Of a DNA stretch of 64,000 bases, positions 1 to 11,831 are shown piece by piece. Each line of letters begins with the position of its first letter. Position 1 is the first letter of the stretch. The notes under the pieces are model-generated. The model did not search any database. It was not told the DNA's origin and saw nothing but the letters and a program-made list of their open reading frames with translations. This DNA comes from Octopus vulgaris (taxonomy: Eukaryota), in assembly GCA_951406725.2 (NCBI GenBank), contig OX597832.1, positions 34,782,001 to 34,846,000 of the forward strand, given 5' to 3'. A program made the position numbers and the translations under genes.

Positions 1-189
1 CGCATTCATTTCTCCTATTTCCAAAACTCATTTTATCAGCATAAATATTGGTCATTATTAGCTAGCTCCTTGGGAACCATGAGGGGAGCCACTGCCATCC
101 GAAATCCGTTTCATATCGTCGCGGACCATGCTGGCCAATTTAATTTTTCATTTTGTATTGTGTATTGTGTATGTATTCAATATTATTTG

Positions 190-410
190 TGAACCTACTC
201 AATTTCAAGGCGTTGTTGTATATTGGGGCGTGTTGATTAAAGATGTTTTCATTCGCCGATAGGTTTAAGATTCTGATAGAAATTGCAGTTACGATGCTAT
301 TGATGGTTGATTGGGATGATTTGAGGAAACATTGATATATTGGAAAGTTTGGTTTGGTTTTCGGAAAGGGTAGTGTAAGCTAGTATTCAGATCAAATGGC
401 GGACTGTTTA
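190..410 (-). mobile_element. Penelope-like element relic (RT C-terminal part)
   Basis: Broken minus-strand translation PFRK...YINVSSNHP...NLSANENIFNQHAPIYNNALK resembles the YRKP/SNHP region of PLE RTs. Confidence 0.55.
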
Positions 411-603
411 GATATAAATATATATACACACATACAACGGGCTTCTTTCTTTTTACTAAATCCTCTCACAAGACTTTGGTCTTATTTTTCTCGCATGCCC
501 TCTACACTAATTATTCAACCCTTAACTATATTTTTAGTTATTTTCGTTTCCTCCTGATAAAAGAAAAAGTAAAAAAACAATGTCTGAAAGACGTGCAATG
601 TAA

Positions 604-732
604 GTTGAGTACATAAGTAACACCTTATCGTTTTATTGAGACCTCGAATATGAAGTGCAATTTATTTCATAAACTGCACTTCATATTCGAAGCTCCGAAG
701 AAGTTTTAAGGCATTGCTCAGGGGTACTCAAC
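604..732. repeat. Inverted repeat / small foldback
   Basis: tcgaatatgaagtgca...tgcacttcatattcga hairpin (about 644-690) inside outer arms gttgagtac/gtactcaac. Confidence 0.6.
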
Positions 733-899
733 TATGAGTCCAGTGACTCTCATAGCAGATACAACACTAAGTTAATAAAGCTCATAAGATTATCGTTTAA
801 TCCTTGGTCATCTCATTTTCTTATTACAACGCTGTACTCGATCAACATCTCGTTCTCAAGCATATGTATACTGAGTTCTACACGCAATGCCTAAGCGAC

Positions 900-905
900 A
901 TGTAT

Positions 906-961
<56 letters not shown>

Positions 962-1019
962 TCATACATATATATATATATAGATAGATAGATTCATACA
1001 TATATATATACATATATAT

Positions 1020-1060
<41 letters not shown>

Positions 1061-1484
1061 TAAATTCATATACACACACACGCACACAAGCACACACATA
1101 AACACCCATCATATTGTATACAAATATTCTATGAATATGTGTAGATGTGTGTGTGTACAAGTGAGCGTGTATGTACGTGGCTGGTTCGCTGCTAATGCAT
1201 CGCTATTACACGTGCAAGTGTTTGTTTATACGTCTGACGTTGCCTAGTTACCGTTTTAATTACTCGTTTCATTTATTATTTTACGTTTGTGGGTGGCTAG
1301 CGGGGAGTGGGGGGGGTGGAGTCGGTTCCTATACGGGCCTGCGTATGTATGTGCGTGCGTGTGAGTATATATGAGTAAGTGATGGAGGCAGCAGGAGCCG
1401 GGAAGCTGACGAAGGAATTTGATTATGTGGCATATTTCAGTGCAGAACTTTTGGGCTGACACAGATTCTGCGTCTGCGTACATG

Positions 1485-1548
<64 letters not shown>

Positions 1549-2400
1549 TGTGGTAGGAAGGAAGGGTGAAATCGTATGTATACGTGAACAAGTTTTTATG
1601 TGTGCGTATGACAATTTAAGTGTCAGTTGGTGTATGTATCGCTGGAGGGAGGTAGATTGGAGTTAGGTGTAACTTCGGCGCATTTGCATGTGTTTGTATA
1701 AAAATATGTAGATAGAGAGATATATGTATGTGTGTATATGTATCTATATATAAATAGCGAAATAAATATATATATATGCATATACACACAAACATATATA
1801 ATTGTTCTATTACGTATGTGCATACACATATTTATATATGTATATATATATCTGTGTGTATATAAATATATAACGTTCGTGTATATACATATAAAACGCA
1901 CATACATACATACACGCATATATACACACATACATACATACACGCATACATACACACACACACATACATACACATCCACCCATAAATGTTTATGTAAGTG
2001 GAGGGTAATAAGATATCAAATGACAAGCACTCTACCATCTCCTGATGTGTGTGTATACCCGCATTTTTCTCCAATATGTTATAAATTGATTTGGTACCAG
2101 ATGGCTACATATTTACGCTTTTGTTTCACACACACACACACACATAGACGCACTTGTTAATACTTGACAGTCGAGTTTCAGATATTCTATACATTAGTTT
2201 GAGGTGAGTATATATATATGTATGGATGTACCTATAGATATAACCTGTTGTATTCATGTTTATTTATCTACGTATATATGTTCATATATACGTGAACTTA
2301 CACGTACATATGTGTGTGTATATATATGTTGTATGTGCTTGAGTGTATGAACTCTCTCTCTCTCACACACACACACACGTGTGTGTGTGTCTGTGTAAAG
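900..2400. repeat. Compound TA/CA/TG microsatellite field
   Basis: Runs of (TA)n, (CA)n and (TG)n; these generate the spurious YI/HT/CV ORFs. Confidence 0.9.
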
Positions 2401-2608
2401 GTAAGATTCAATAATCAAGGTGTAGGAAGCTAATGAGCTTCTAGCAATCCATAGAAGATATAATAAAACAACTTTGAAGAACAATAGAACTTTATGGCGC
2501 AGAAGGTTGTGAATTTTGCCCGTATCGAAAGTACGATAGGCCGAAAAAAGGTTATTTTATAGTTTACGGTTAGCAACTGGGATTACTGTATATATGAATA
2601 AACATTCC

Positions 2609-2957
2609 AAAATTAAGTAATGAAGTAGATAAAATCCAGGCTACATATGTTTTATAGGAAAAGGAACGTCGGAAGAAGTAATTATCTGAACGAGGGGTAG
2701 ACTGCAAGCTACTCTTCAGTTTAAGCATCCTTGATTATATGAAGTTTACATAGTCGTGGTGATCCCGGGTTAACTGGTAGGGGATTAGATTGAATCCTCA
2801 ATGAGTTAACACGGGATCTACTAACGATAATATACAATTCATATAATCAAGATATCCTTGGCCTACCTCTCGTTTGAATAATTTACTACTTCCGAGGTTC
2901 CGCTAAATACGAAATATATGTAGCCGGGAGTTTATCTACTCCATTTCCTAGTTTTTT
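2609..2957. mobile_element. Degenerate palindromic (foldback) MITE-like element
   Basis: Whole span is an imperfect palindrome, e.g. gtagataaaatccaggctacatat vs atatgtagccgggagtttatctac, and cttgattatatgaa vs ttcatataatcaag. Confidence 0.7.
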
Positions 2958-2966
2958 ATATATATA

Positions 2967-3353
2967 CTAGCAGTATCGCCCGGCGTTGCTCAGGTTTGTA
3001 AGAGAAATAACTATATAAGCATTTTAAGAGAGTTATAGCCAAAAAATAGCAAAAAAATGCATTAAAAATGGAAAAAAAATGATGGTAAATTTTTTTTTAA
3101 ATTGTTGACTCATCGTAGACATTTTTAGAGAGTTACTTCCCTTATATAATAGCGAAAAAATGCATTAAAATGGAAAAAAATGTTTGTAAATTTTTTTTTA
3201 AATCGTAGACGCGCACTAATACCCAGAAGGGCTCAATATGAATCACGACTATAAGATACCCGGTTTTGGTTAAACTGCACCGCAAAATGTGGGAGTAGTT
3301 AGGAATCTAAATCGTAGGAGACAGACACACAACTTGACTTTTATATATAAAGA
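2967..3353 (-). mobile_element. Non-autonomous Helitron
   Basis: Minus strand starts a|TCTTTATATATAAA and ends with a GC hairpin (cctgagcaacgccggg) followed by CTAG|t. Inserted between A and T. Confidence 0.75.
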
Positions 3354-3900
3354 TATATATATATTATATGACATGGGAAAATGCGAGCATGAAAAGTAAT
3401 GTTCTGAAGATTATAAACCTGGAAAAGTACAGGACAAACTATTACTTCAAGAAAAGTAAAGAATAAGAGACTTTTTACTTAAAATATTGCAGCAAAGAAT
3501 GCCAATTCTTTAAATTTATCACTCTTTGTAGTTCTCATCTTTTAAATTTACATCTTTTAAATTGTACAAAACTCTTCTGTAAAAATGATTGACATCCAAC
3601 CCATGCTAGCATAGAGAACGGACGTTAAATGATCGAGGAAGGCATTCAGCTACAGAAACCCTGCTCAACAGATATTGAAGCTCTGTCTCACTGGATCCTG
3701 TAAAACTCTCCAGCTCAAGTCAGCATTGGATCCAAACATCAAATGATGATGATGATGATGATGATAGGGAGTGGTGAGGTCTGCAAATGGTGTTAACAAT
3801 ACAGTTATCTTTCTTTAAACTACTTTTTCCACATATGAAAAAAAGAGGAGGGTGTAAAAGAGGAAAAGACAAAGACAAACTGGACAAGGGTAATTTATAA

Positions 3901-3906
3901 TTTATT
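3901..3906 (-). terminator. Candidate polyadenylation signal of HCCS
   Basis: AATAAA on the minus strand about 85 nt after the stop, followed by T-rich sequence. Confidence 0.45.
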
Positions 3907-3988
3907 AATTAACTTAATGTAAAAAAAATTAAATTATGAAAAAAAAAAACCTATTTTGTTTCTGTCAATTTTGAAAGCAAAAGTATTC

Positions 3989-4295
3989 TCAACTGGCATT
4001 TCCTGAAGAAGGTGAAGAAGAGTCTTGTGTAGATTCTGGCTGGATGTGAGGTACAGAGCCAGTTTCGATGTTCTGTTGATCCTTGGGCATGAACGAGGCA
4101 GCCCACCGCAGCATTGATGCTCGCATCCTGTCCCAGCATGCACTCCATGAGTCAAACGCTGGCCTCACATCCAGAATTGTGAACTGGAAGTTTGTCATGT
4201 TCACTTGTCCACCATCATAGTAGTCAATAATGTAACGAACCTCTCGACCACATCGGTCAACTATCCAGTCATGACGATCAAATGGCAATGGATAG
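3989..4295 (-). CDS. HCCS: HCCS last coding exon
   Basis: tttcag|[36 protein letters not shown]...ILDVRPA is the HCCS C-terminal signature. TGA stop at 3991-3989. Confidence 0.96.
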
Positions 4296-4334
4296 CTGAA
4301 AGAGTAAATAAATAATAATAATAAAAATGGTTTC

Positions 4335-5230
4335 ACATTTTGGCACAGGGCCAGCAGCTTTTGTGGGGAGGGAAGAGATGATTACATTAACCCCAGTATT
4401 TGACTGGTACTGACTTTATTGACCGTGAAAGGATGAAAGGCAAAGGCAACCTCAGTGGCATTTGAGCTCAGAGTATAAAACCATAAGAAATGTCCAGAGC
4501 AGTAACAATTTTGCCAACTCACCACCATAATAAAAATAATTCTTTCTACCATAGGCACAAGGCCTGAAATTAGAGAGTGGGGGGCTAGTCAATTACATTG
4601 ATCCCACTGTTCAACAGGTAGTTATTTTCAACCCTGTAAGGATAAAAGGCAAAGTGAACTTCAACAGATTTTGAACTCGAAACTTAAGACAGAGGAAATG
4701 CTTGTAAGCATTTTGCCTGGTGAGTAATGATTCTGTCAGCTTGCCAGCCAGTAATTTTCAGAGTGAGAGTTAATCCATTTACCGTGACCCAAATACTTGA
4801 CTGGTAATTTATTTTATCAAGCGAAAGACAAAGCTGACCTCAACAGGATTTTAATGCAAAAACTAGAAGAAATATCACAAAGCATTTTGATTGATATGCT
4901 TGCTACCTTACCATAATTATTTCTGTTACAGGTACAATGCCAGAAATATGGAGAGAGGGTAGCTAGTAAATTACCTCAGTGTTCAACTGGTATTTATTTT
5001 CTCAAGTCAAACGCAAACATACAACACACTTGAGAGGTATTTTAATCAAATCTGAAAGGATGAAAAGCAAAAATTAACCTCAGTGGGATTTCAAAAGAGG
5101 AAGAGCCAGAACAAATACCAGGAGGAATTATATCCAGTGCTCTAATGATTCTGCTAATCAATCACTCATTTCTAAGACAAGAACAAGTCCAGAAATTCCA
5201 GTAGGAAGGGTGGGGGTCAATCAATTCAAT
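4335..5230 (-). mobile_element. Stack of about 5 SINE copies (Meta-domain-like core)
   Basis: Repeated ggcacaaggcc...ccccagt...ctggtac...gaaaggatgaaaggcaaag...ttgaactc units. The same family occurs at 6365-6570, 43245-43350 and 57080-57200. Confidence 0.7.
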
Positions 5231-5460
5231 AATTGATAAGAATTTTCACTTTGCAGTAAACTTACAAATCTGTAGAATGGCTTATATAGCAGAGTGAATA
5301 AAATCTCAGTATATCACTGCTACCTACAAGCATACATATATAGAGGCTGGTAAAATACCTCACACACACACACACACTGAAAGATAAAGACAAACAAACA
5401 AATACACAAAAAGTTCTTATGAACACCTAAATGAAGCTGTGACAAAAGTCACAAACATAC

Positions 5461-5544
5461 CCAAGAAGTTGCCGTATTCTTGCTCTTGGAGAATATTCTG
5501 TAGCCTTGCCACCAAATCTCTTCAACTTGGGTGTATCACAGTAA
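5461..5544 (-). CDS. HCCS: HCCS coding exon 4
   Basis: tttcag|T TAC...CTT GG|gtatg, 84 nt. YCDTPKLKRFGGKATEYSPRARIRQLLG (conserved FGGKAxEYSPRAR). Confidence 0.96.
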
Positions 5545-5819
5545 CTGAAAGAAATAAAATTAAGGAATGATATACACAATAACTGAAAGATATGGAGAGA
5601 TAGAGAATGGCAGGAAGGGCATCTGGTCATAGAAAGAATTCTATCTGGCCAATGCAAGCATGGAAAAGTGGACGATAAAATGGTGATGAAGAGGAAGAAC
5701 ACATTCTACAAAAGCTTCAAAACATTAAAAAATATTTTCCAAAGTCTTAAATTTTATTTTTATAAATTTGGATGTATCATCAGCATTTAAATAACTCAAA
5801 GCAAATATGTGTGTGTATA

Positions 5820-6190
5820 TTGTAAAGAAGTTTGCTTCCTAACCACAAGGCTCCATGACAAGTCCTACTGCATAGACAAGCATCTTCTAATATAGCTGTG
5901 AATCAACCTGGATTTGATAGAGAGAAACTAAAAGAAGCCCACCATATAATATGCATGTGTGTGTGTGTGTGTGTTATTGTCTGTGTTCACCCCCCACACT
6001 ATTTGACAAACATTGCCCTTTTGTTTACATCCTTGTAACTTAGCAGTTCTGTAACAAAGGGTTTGATAGAATAAGTACCAGGCTCAATAAAAAGAAAAGG
6101 ACAGAGATCAACTTGTTTGACTAAATCTTTCCAGGTGCTGCTGTCCCCAGCATAGCTGCCATCCAGTGACTAAAACAAGAAAAAGATTAT
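5820..6190 (+). mobile_element. tRNA-derived SINE (family with internal microsatellite)
   Basis: Diverged copy of the SINE at 52535-52925 (ggatttg..agag.aaact.aaagaagccc; ccagcat..ctg...gact.aaacaag tail). Confidence 0.7.
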
Positions 6191-6364
6191 GTGTGTGTGT
6201 GTATTGATTTGTCAGAAGCAATGAATTCCAGAACTCAATGCAAACATGGAGGATTCTATACTACATTATAACTTAAAGTTTCCAATATCCAATACTGTAA
6301 GTTTCTCATTTCCAATCATCATTTTGCATTTCAAAACAATATCCCAGCAGTGAGTATTCTTTTC

Positions 6365-6570
6365 TACTCTAGGCACAAGGCCGGAAATTGGGGGGGGGGG
6401 GGCACCAGTCGATTAAATTAACCCCAGTGCACAACAGGTACTTAAATTGTCGACCCTGAAAGGATGAAATGCAAAGTCGAAAATGGCAGAATTTGAACTC
6501 AGAACATAAAGACAAAATACCACTAAGCATTTCCCCTGGCATGCCAACGTTTCTGCCCACTTTTGCTGCC
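6365..6570 (-). mobile_element. SINE (Meta-domain-like core)
   Basis: gtcgaccctgaaaggatgaaatgcaaagtcga core, tRNA-like B box (gttctgagttcaaattc on minus) and ggcacaaggcc tail. Confidence 0.7.
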
Positions 6571-6836
6571 TTATTCCAACACTGAATATTACAAAAGAAA
6601 AAAAAGGTTCAGTTTTGCAGCTGATGATCAGAAACAAATAACTGGAAGTTAGTCCTTCAGTTATAATGTTTGTGCATGCACACATGTACACATATATATA
6701 AAAGTGTGCACACATACACACACACACACATTAGAGGAAAAAGGACAACAAAATCAAGGTAGGACATGCATCTCAAGTCATTTCGAATATTTAATTAGAG
6801 TAAAGTGAATTTGTAGTAATTAATTAATTATTGAAG

Positions 6837-6910
6837 GTCTTACAGCTATTGCTGGGATATCGCAAGTGATAGGTTAGCATCTCCATACACTGGGTATTCT
6901 CATCAGAGAC
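6837..6910 (-). ncRNA. Degenerate minimal hammerhead ribozyme (Penelope-type)
   Basis: gtct CTGATGA ...stem II... GCAATAGCTGTA agac. Stem I is GTCT/AGAC; the GAAA box is mutated. Flanked by inverted repeats 6773-6810 and 7051-7088. Confidence 0.5.
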
Positions 6911-7303
6911 AAGGTAAGTATGTAGGGAAGTTCTAAACAGAGAATTCAGTGCATAAAGGAATAAAATAGTCTACAGAAGAATAAAGAGTAAAACAGCATG
7001 ATTAGAGAGAGAGGAGAATTAAGTTCACAGCCCATCTTCCAGAGGGAGTCATTCACCTTACTCTAATTAAATATGCTAAATTACTTGAAATACTTGTTCT
7101 GCCTTGGTTTTCCTGTGCTTTTTTCCTCTAATATACACCTGCTACCTTGGAAGCCTGCTATGTATCCCTAGCTCCAGCTTCAGCTGTGAACTTGGAATGT
7201 AACAGATGATTAATTATAGCACTTACACAACATACCTATTCGTTCAGATCACCAGTGAACTAAACCCGTGTATGCATATACCTATGTGTGTGCGTATGCA
7301 TGT

Positions 7304-9723
7304 GGGGGTAGCAGGGAACCGTACCAGATAGCCAAAAGGGAAGCTGGGTGACAGGTATACATAGCAAAGGGCAAATCAGAAAAGAAGAAGTTTGTCAAAG
7401 TCCAGCAATGTGAGGACCAAAGAACTGAAGTATTCTAGATTGCAAGACAGTGTGTGAGAAAAAATGTTGATGTCACAGGAGAGAAATGTGTCCGCATGGA
7501 TGATGTTGCACTTGCTTTTAATGAAAGAAAGAGGTTTGGATAAGCCAATATGAAAGACTGCTGAACATTGAGAATAAATGGGATGAGGAGAGCCAGACAA
7601 ATGTTGATCCAGTAAAGGGACCAGCTATGCGAATAGACAGCACCCTGGTAGATAAAGCAATTAAGGATATGAAGCCAGGAGAAGCCCCCAGCCCATCAGA
7701 AATCACTGCTGAGATGCTTAAAATATCTGGTGGTGTGGGCTATGGCCTAGTCACCTGCATTGTAAACCAGGTAGTTCATGATGGAGTCATACTCAATGAA
7801 AGGCGTAGCAGCACCATAGTCAACTGCTACAAAGGTAAAGGTGATGCTGTAGATAGAAATAACTACAGGGGTATCAAACTACTGGATCAGGTGATGAAGG
7901 TCACGGAGAGGGTCATAGCCCATCTCATTAGGGAGAGAGTCTTCTTAGATGAAATGCAGTTCAGTTTTGTGCCAGGTAGAAGCACCACTGATGCTGTATT
8001 ACTGGTATGGCAACTGCAGGAGAAATACCTAGCCAAAGATAAAGCCCTAAATTTGGCTTTCGTGGACTTGGAGAAAGCCTTTGACAGGGTCCTTGATCCC
8101 TTAAATGGTGGGCAATGCAGAAACTGGGGATTGACGAATGGCTAATAAGGGCTGTACATGCCCTATACAGAGATACCATTAATAGGGTTAAGATTGGAAA
8201 TGAGTATAGTGAAGAATTCCAGGTAGAAGTAGGGGTCCACCAAGGGTCACCCCTCAGCCCCATCTTATCATAATCCTCCAGGCAATAACAGAGGAATTTA
8301 AGATAGGTTGCCCCTAGGAGCTCCTCTATGCTGATGACCTAGCCCTTATAGCAGAATCTCTACCTGAACTAGAGAAGAAATTTCAAGTGTGGAAGCAAGG
8401 TTTAGAATTGAAGGGCCTTAGAGTCAATGTTGCAAAGACCAAAGTTCTAGTAATTAGGAAGGTGAACACATCATACACCCCTTCAGGTACGTGGTCCTAC
8501 TCGATCTGTAGAAAAGGTGTAGGTAGAAACTCCATAAGATGTACCAAGTGTAAGCTATGGACACATAAGAGGTGCAGCAACATCAAAGGAAGATTAACTA
8601 GGAAGATCGCTTTCGTATGTGACAGATGCACAGGGGCAATAAACACCACAAATGCTCAGAAAACAGATTCCATCAAATGCTAGGGGAAGAAACTAGAAGT
8701 TGCTGATAGCTTCCACTACCTAGGTGACCAAGCCTGTAGTGGGAGTGGATGCTCAGAGTGTTACCACTAGAATAAGAATAGCCTGGGCAAAGTTCAGAAA
8801 GCTCCTACACCTACTGGTGATAAAGGGTCTCTTGCTCAAAGTGAAAGATAGACTGTACGATGCATGTGTGCAAACTGCCATGCTTCATGGCAGTGAAACA
8901 TGGGCTGTGACTGCTGAAGACATGCGTAGGTTTGAAAGAAATGAAGCTAGCATGAGCCGCTGGATGCACACACAACAGAGTGTAAGCGCCCTGACAGAAA
9001 TGTTGGACATAAGAAGAATCCGATGTGGCATGCAACAGAAACATTCACGTTGGTATGGCCATGTACTACAGATGCATGAGGAGATCTGTGTGAAGAAGTG
9101 CCACTCCCCAACAGTGGAAGGAATCTGGGGTAGAGGGAGACCCAGGAAGATATGGGATGAGGTGGTAAAACATGACCTTCAAACGTTGGGCCTCACAAAG
9201 GCAATGAAAAAAGAATGAGATGTCTGGAGATATGCTGTGACTGTGAAGACCCAGCAAATAAAGTGAGTTCACAGCTGCAACCTACGCCAGTGTCGCATAA
9301 CCAGCCCACTCAAAAGTACCTTGGATTGTAGGATGACATGCCGTGCTTGAGGAGACCTATTGAGTCAAGTACATCAAAGCCAAATGGAAATTGTAGTTGT
9401 GACCCCCATGCCAGTGGCATGTAAAAAGCACCATATGAACGTAGCCGATGCCCATGCCACCTTCACTGGCTTCTGTGCTGGTGGCATGTAAAAAGCACCA
9501 ACCGATCGTGGTCGTTGCCAACCCCCTCTGGCTCCTGTGCCAGTGGCATATAAAAAGCACCTACTACATTCTCAGAGTGGTTGGTGTTAGGAAGGGCATC
9601 CAGCTGTAGAAACACTGCCAGATCAGGCTGGAGCCTGGTGCAGCCTCTTGGCTTCCCAGACCACACTCGAACCGTCTAATCCATGTTTGCATGGAAAACG
9701 GACGTTAATCGATGATGATGATG
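7304..9723 (+). mobile_element. RTE-clade LINE, 5'-truncated and frameshifted
   Basis: RT motifs (NYRGIKLL, FVDLEKAFDRV, GVHQGS, LYADDL), PHD-like insert, GRGRPRKxW C-terminus, repeat-containing 3' UTR and (GAT)n tail. Confidence 0.9.
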
Positions 9724-9938
9724 TATGCCTGTGTGTACGTTATATGTGTGTATTCTGCATATTCATGTGTGTCTGTACCTCTGACTCTTTGTGTGTGCAT
9801 GTTTGAGTTTGTCTATGAGTATGGGTTTGTGTGACTATGTATGTGCGTCTGTTATGTCGAGATATGTTCTCCATGTGTATGTTTGTCCGTATTACCTATA
9901 TACCTACCTATCTGTTTACTTACATATCCATTTACCAA

Positions 9939-9969
<31 letters not shown>

Positions 9970-11831
9970 AATAAACATCAAGGGAAACAACTCTTTTATG
10001 GTAGTTTAATGTAGTTATGTCCCTTCACATACGCACGCCAGCTGAGTCAGCAAATATGAAACAGGGTAGCGCAGTTCTAGTTTTAAACCACTCTCTTTTA
10101 TTATTTTGCTGATCTCAATAATTGAACAGTAAACATGCTTCAGCACTGCCTTCAAAGATTTTAATTAATTATATTCCCCCACCACCGTCAACCACTGTGC
10201 TTAGTTTGGTAACATTTTTTCTGAAACCCTACAAACCGAAAAATTAGATTCAGGTCGCTTTAGAAAGTTACCTCCCTTAGAGAACCTGATGTTCCAAGAA
10301 AGACGCTATATCGTCACCCAAACTATAAAAAAAAACAAGAGTTAAATCTTTCCAACACAGGAAAATGTTAACCAGATCCCTTCATTCGGTCTGACATGAG
10401 AGTAAATATCCACAACAATAACATCATTGTTGTCATTTTGGTCGTTTTAACTTTCATCTTTTCAAGCAAGGTAATATTTCCCCATATTCAGACATTTTCT
10501 CAGAATATTAGAAATGAATGACACAACTACTTACACTCATTTACAGCAAATCAAGACAAGGGAACACAAATATCCATGTACACTCATGTACCCTAACCTC
10601 AATCTTTACAGTTGTTGCCTACCTCCTCTCCCGTGCCCCATCTCTTGCACTCCTTTACACTCTTAGGGGTCACCTGGATACATCAGACTCGCTCTTTGCA
10701 GATCCACTTGTTCATTCTCCCCATTTATTCTAAGTGTAAGTAACCATGAAACTCCTTTATAAAAAACTGTTTGCCTCCCTCTCTCGTACTCTTTTATCTT
10801 CGAGAATAAAGTAAATCATTCCCTTGGGGTTCTTAGTTTTGTCAACTACATAGAGAACTGACAAGTGTGGCTGACACAAAATTCACCCAGTAAGCACTGT
10901 AAAGCAGATGGAGTTAGGGAGGGCATCTGGCCATAAAAACCATGCCAAGAGCAGACACTGCAGTATGACACAGTCCTTGGAGCCATCAGATTCTGTTGAA
11001 CCATCTAACCCAGGAAGAGCATAGAATATGGACATTAAATGCTGCTGCTGATGATGATGATGATATACATAAATGTCAGGCTTCTTTCAGTTTCCTTTTA
11101 CTAAATCTACTCACAAGGTTTTGGTCAATCCAGGCTAGAGTACAAGACCAAGGTACCATGCAGTCCCACTGCAAGACACCTTAGACAAGCCCTGATCTAT
11201 TACTATCTTCCTAAGGAGGTCACTGCTCCTCACAAAGGTTACAATATGTGGTTTTACCCTTCGTCCACTTGCAGCACTAAGAGAAATCATTTGGGTCTCT
11301 GCTACAGCCTCATAGTTCAAGACTTCAAGACACCTGTTTCAGTTGATTACATATACCCTAGGATATTGGGGTTAATTAAATCAACTGATTCAAAGGTACT
11401 TTATTCAAGGTACTGTATAAAAAGTTATGTGTTGTGGAAGGATTCCGACCACCCCTGAAGTGACTAAAGGTAGACTGTCTCATGGTTATAAAGTAAATAA
11501 CTGTGAGCAATTGGCATTTCGGGTTGGTAAGCGATTCACTATGAGACATGGTTGACAGCATAGAGTTGTATGTAATAATAATGTACAGACTTTCTTTCCC
11601 CCTGTACATACTTTCCCCATGTACAGACTTTCTTTCTCCAACATACAAGGATACGAAAGTATGCTAATCTACTAATTAAAAGACAATTTATTTTTATCTC
11701 CTTTAGACGGATGATGGATAAAGTTGGCTTCAATGGGATTTGAATTCAACGAAAATGGCCGGAACTAAAGTACCACAATTTTATTTTCTACAACACTTCA
11801 CTGCATTACATACATTGAAAATATATATATA

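Noticed and set aside
1260-1480. GC-richer unique patch, possible exon or regulatory element
   Set aside because: No supported reading frame or paired splice sites, so it cannot be assigned from sequence alone.
10030-10075. Possible decayed hammerhead (cagctgag...gaaacagggtagcg)
   Set aside because: Core has two mismatches and stem II is not supported.
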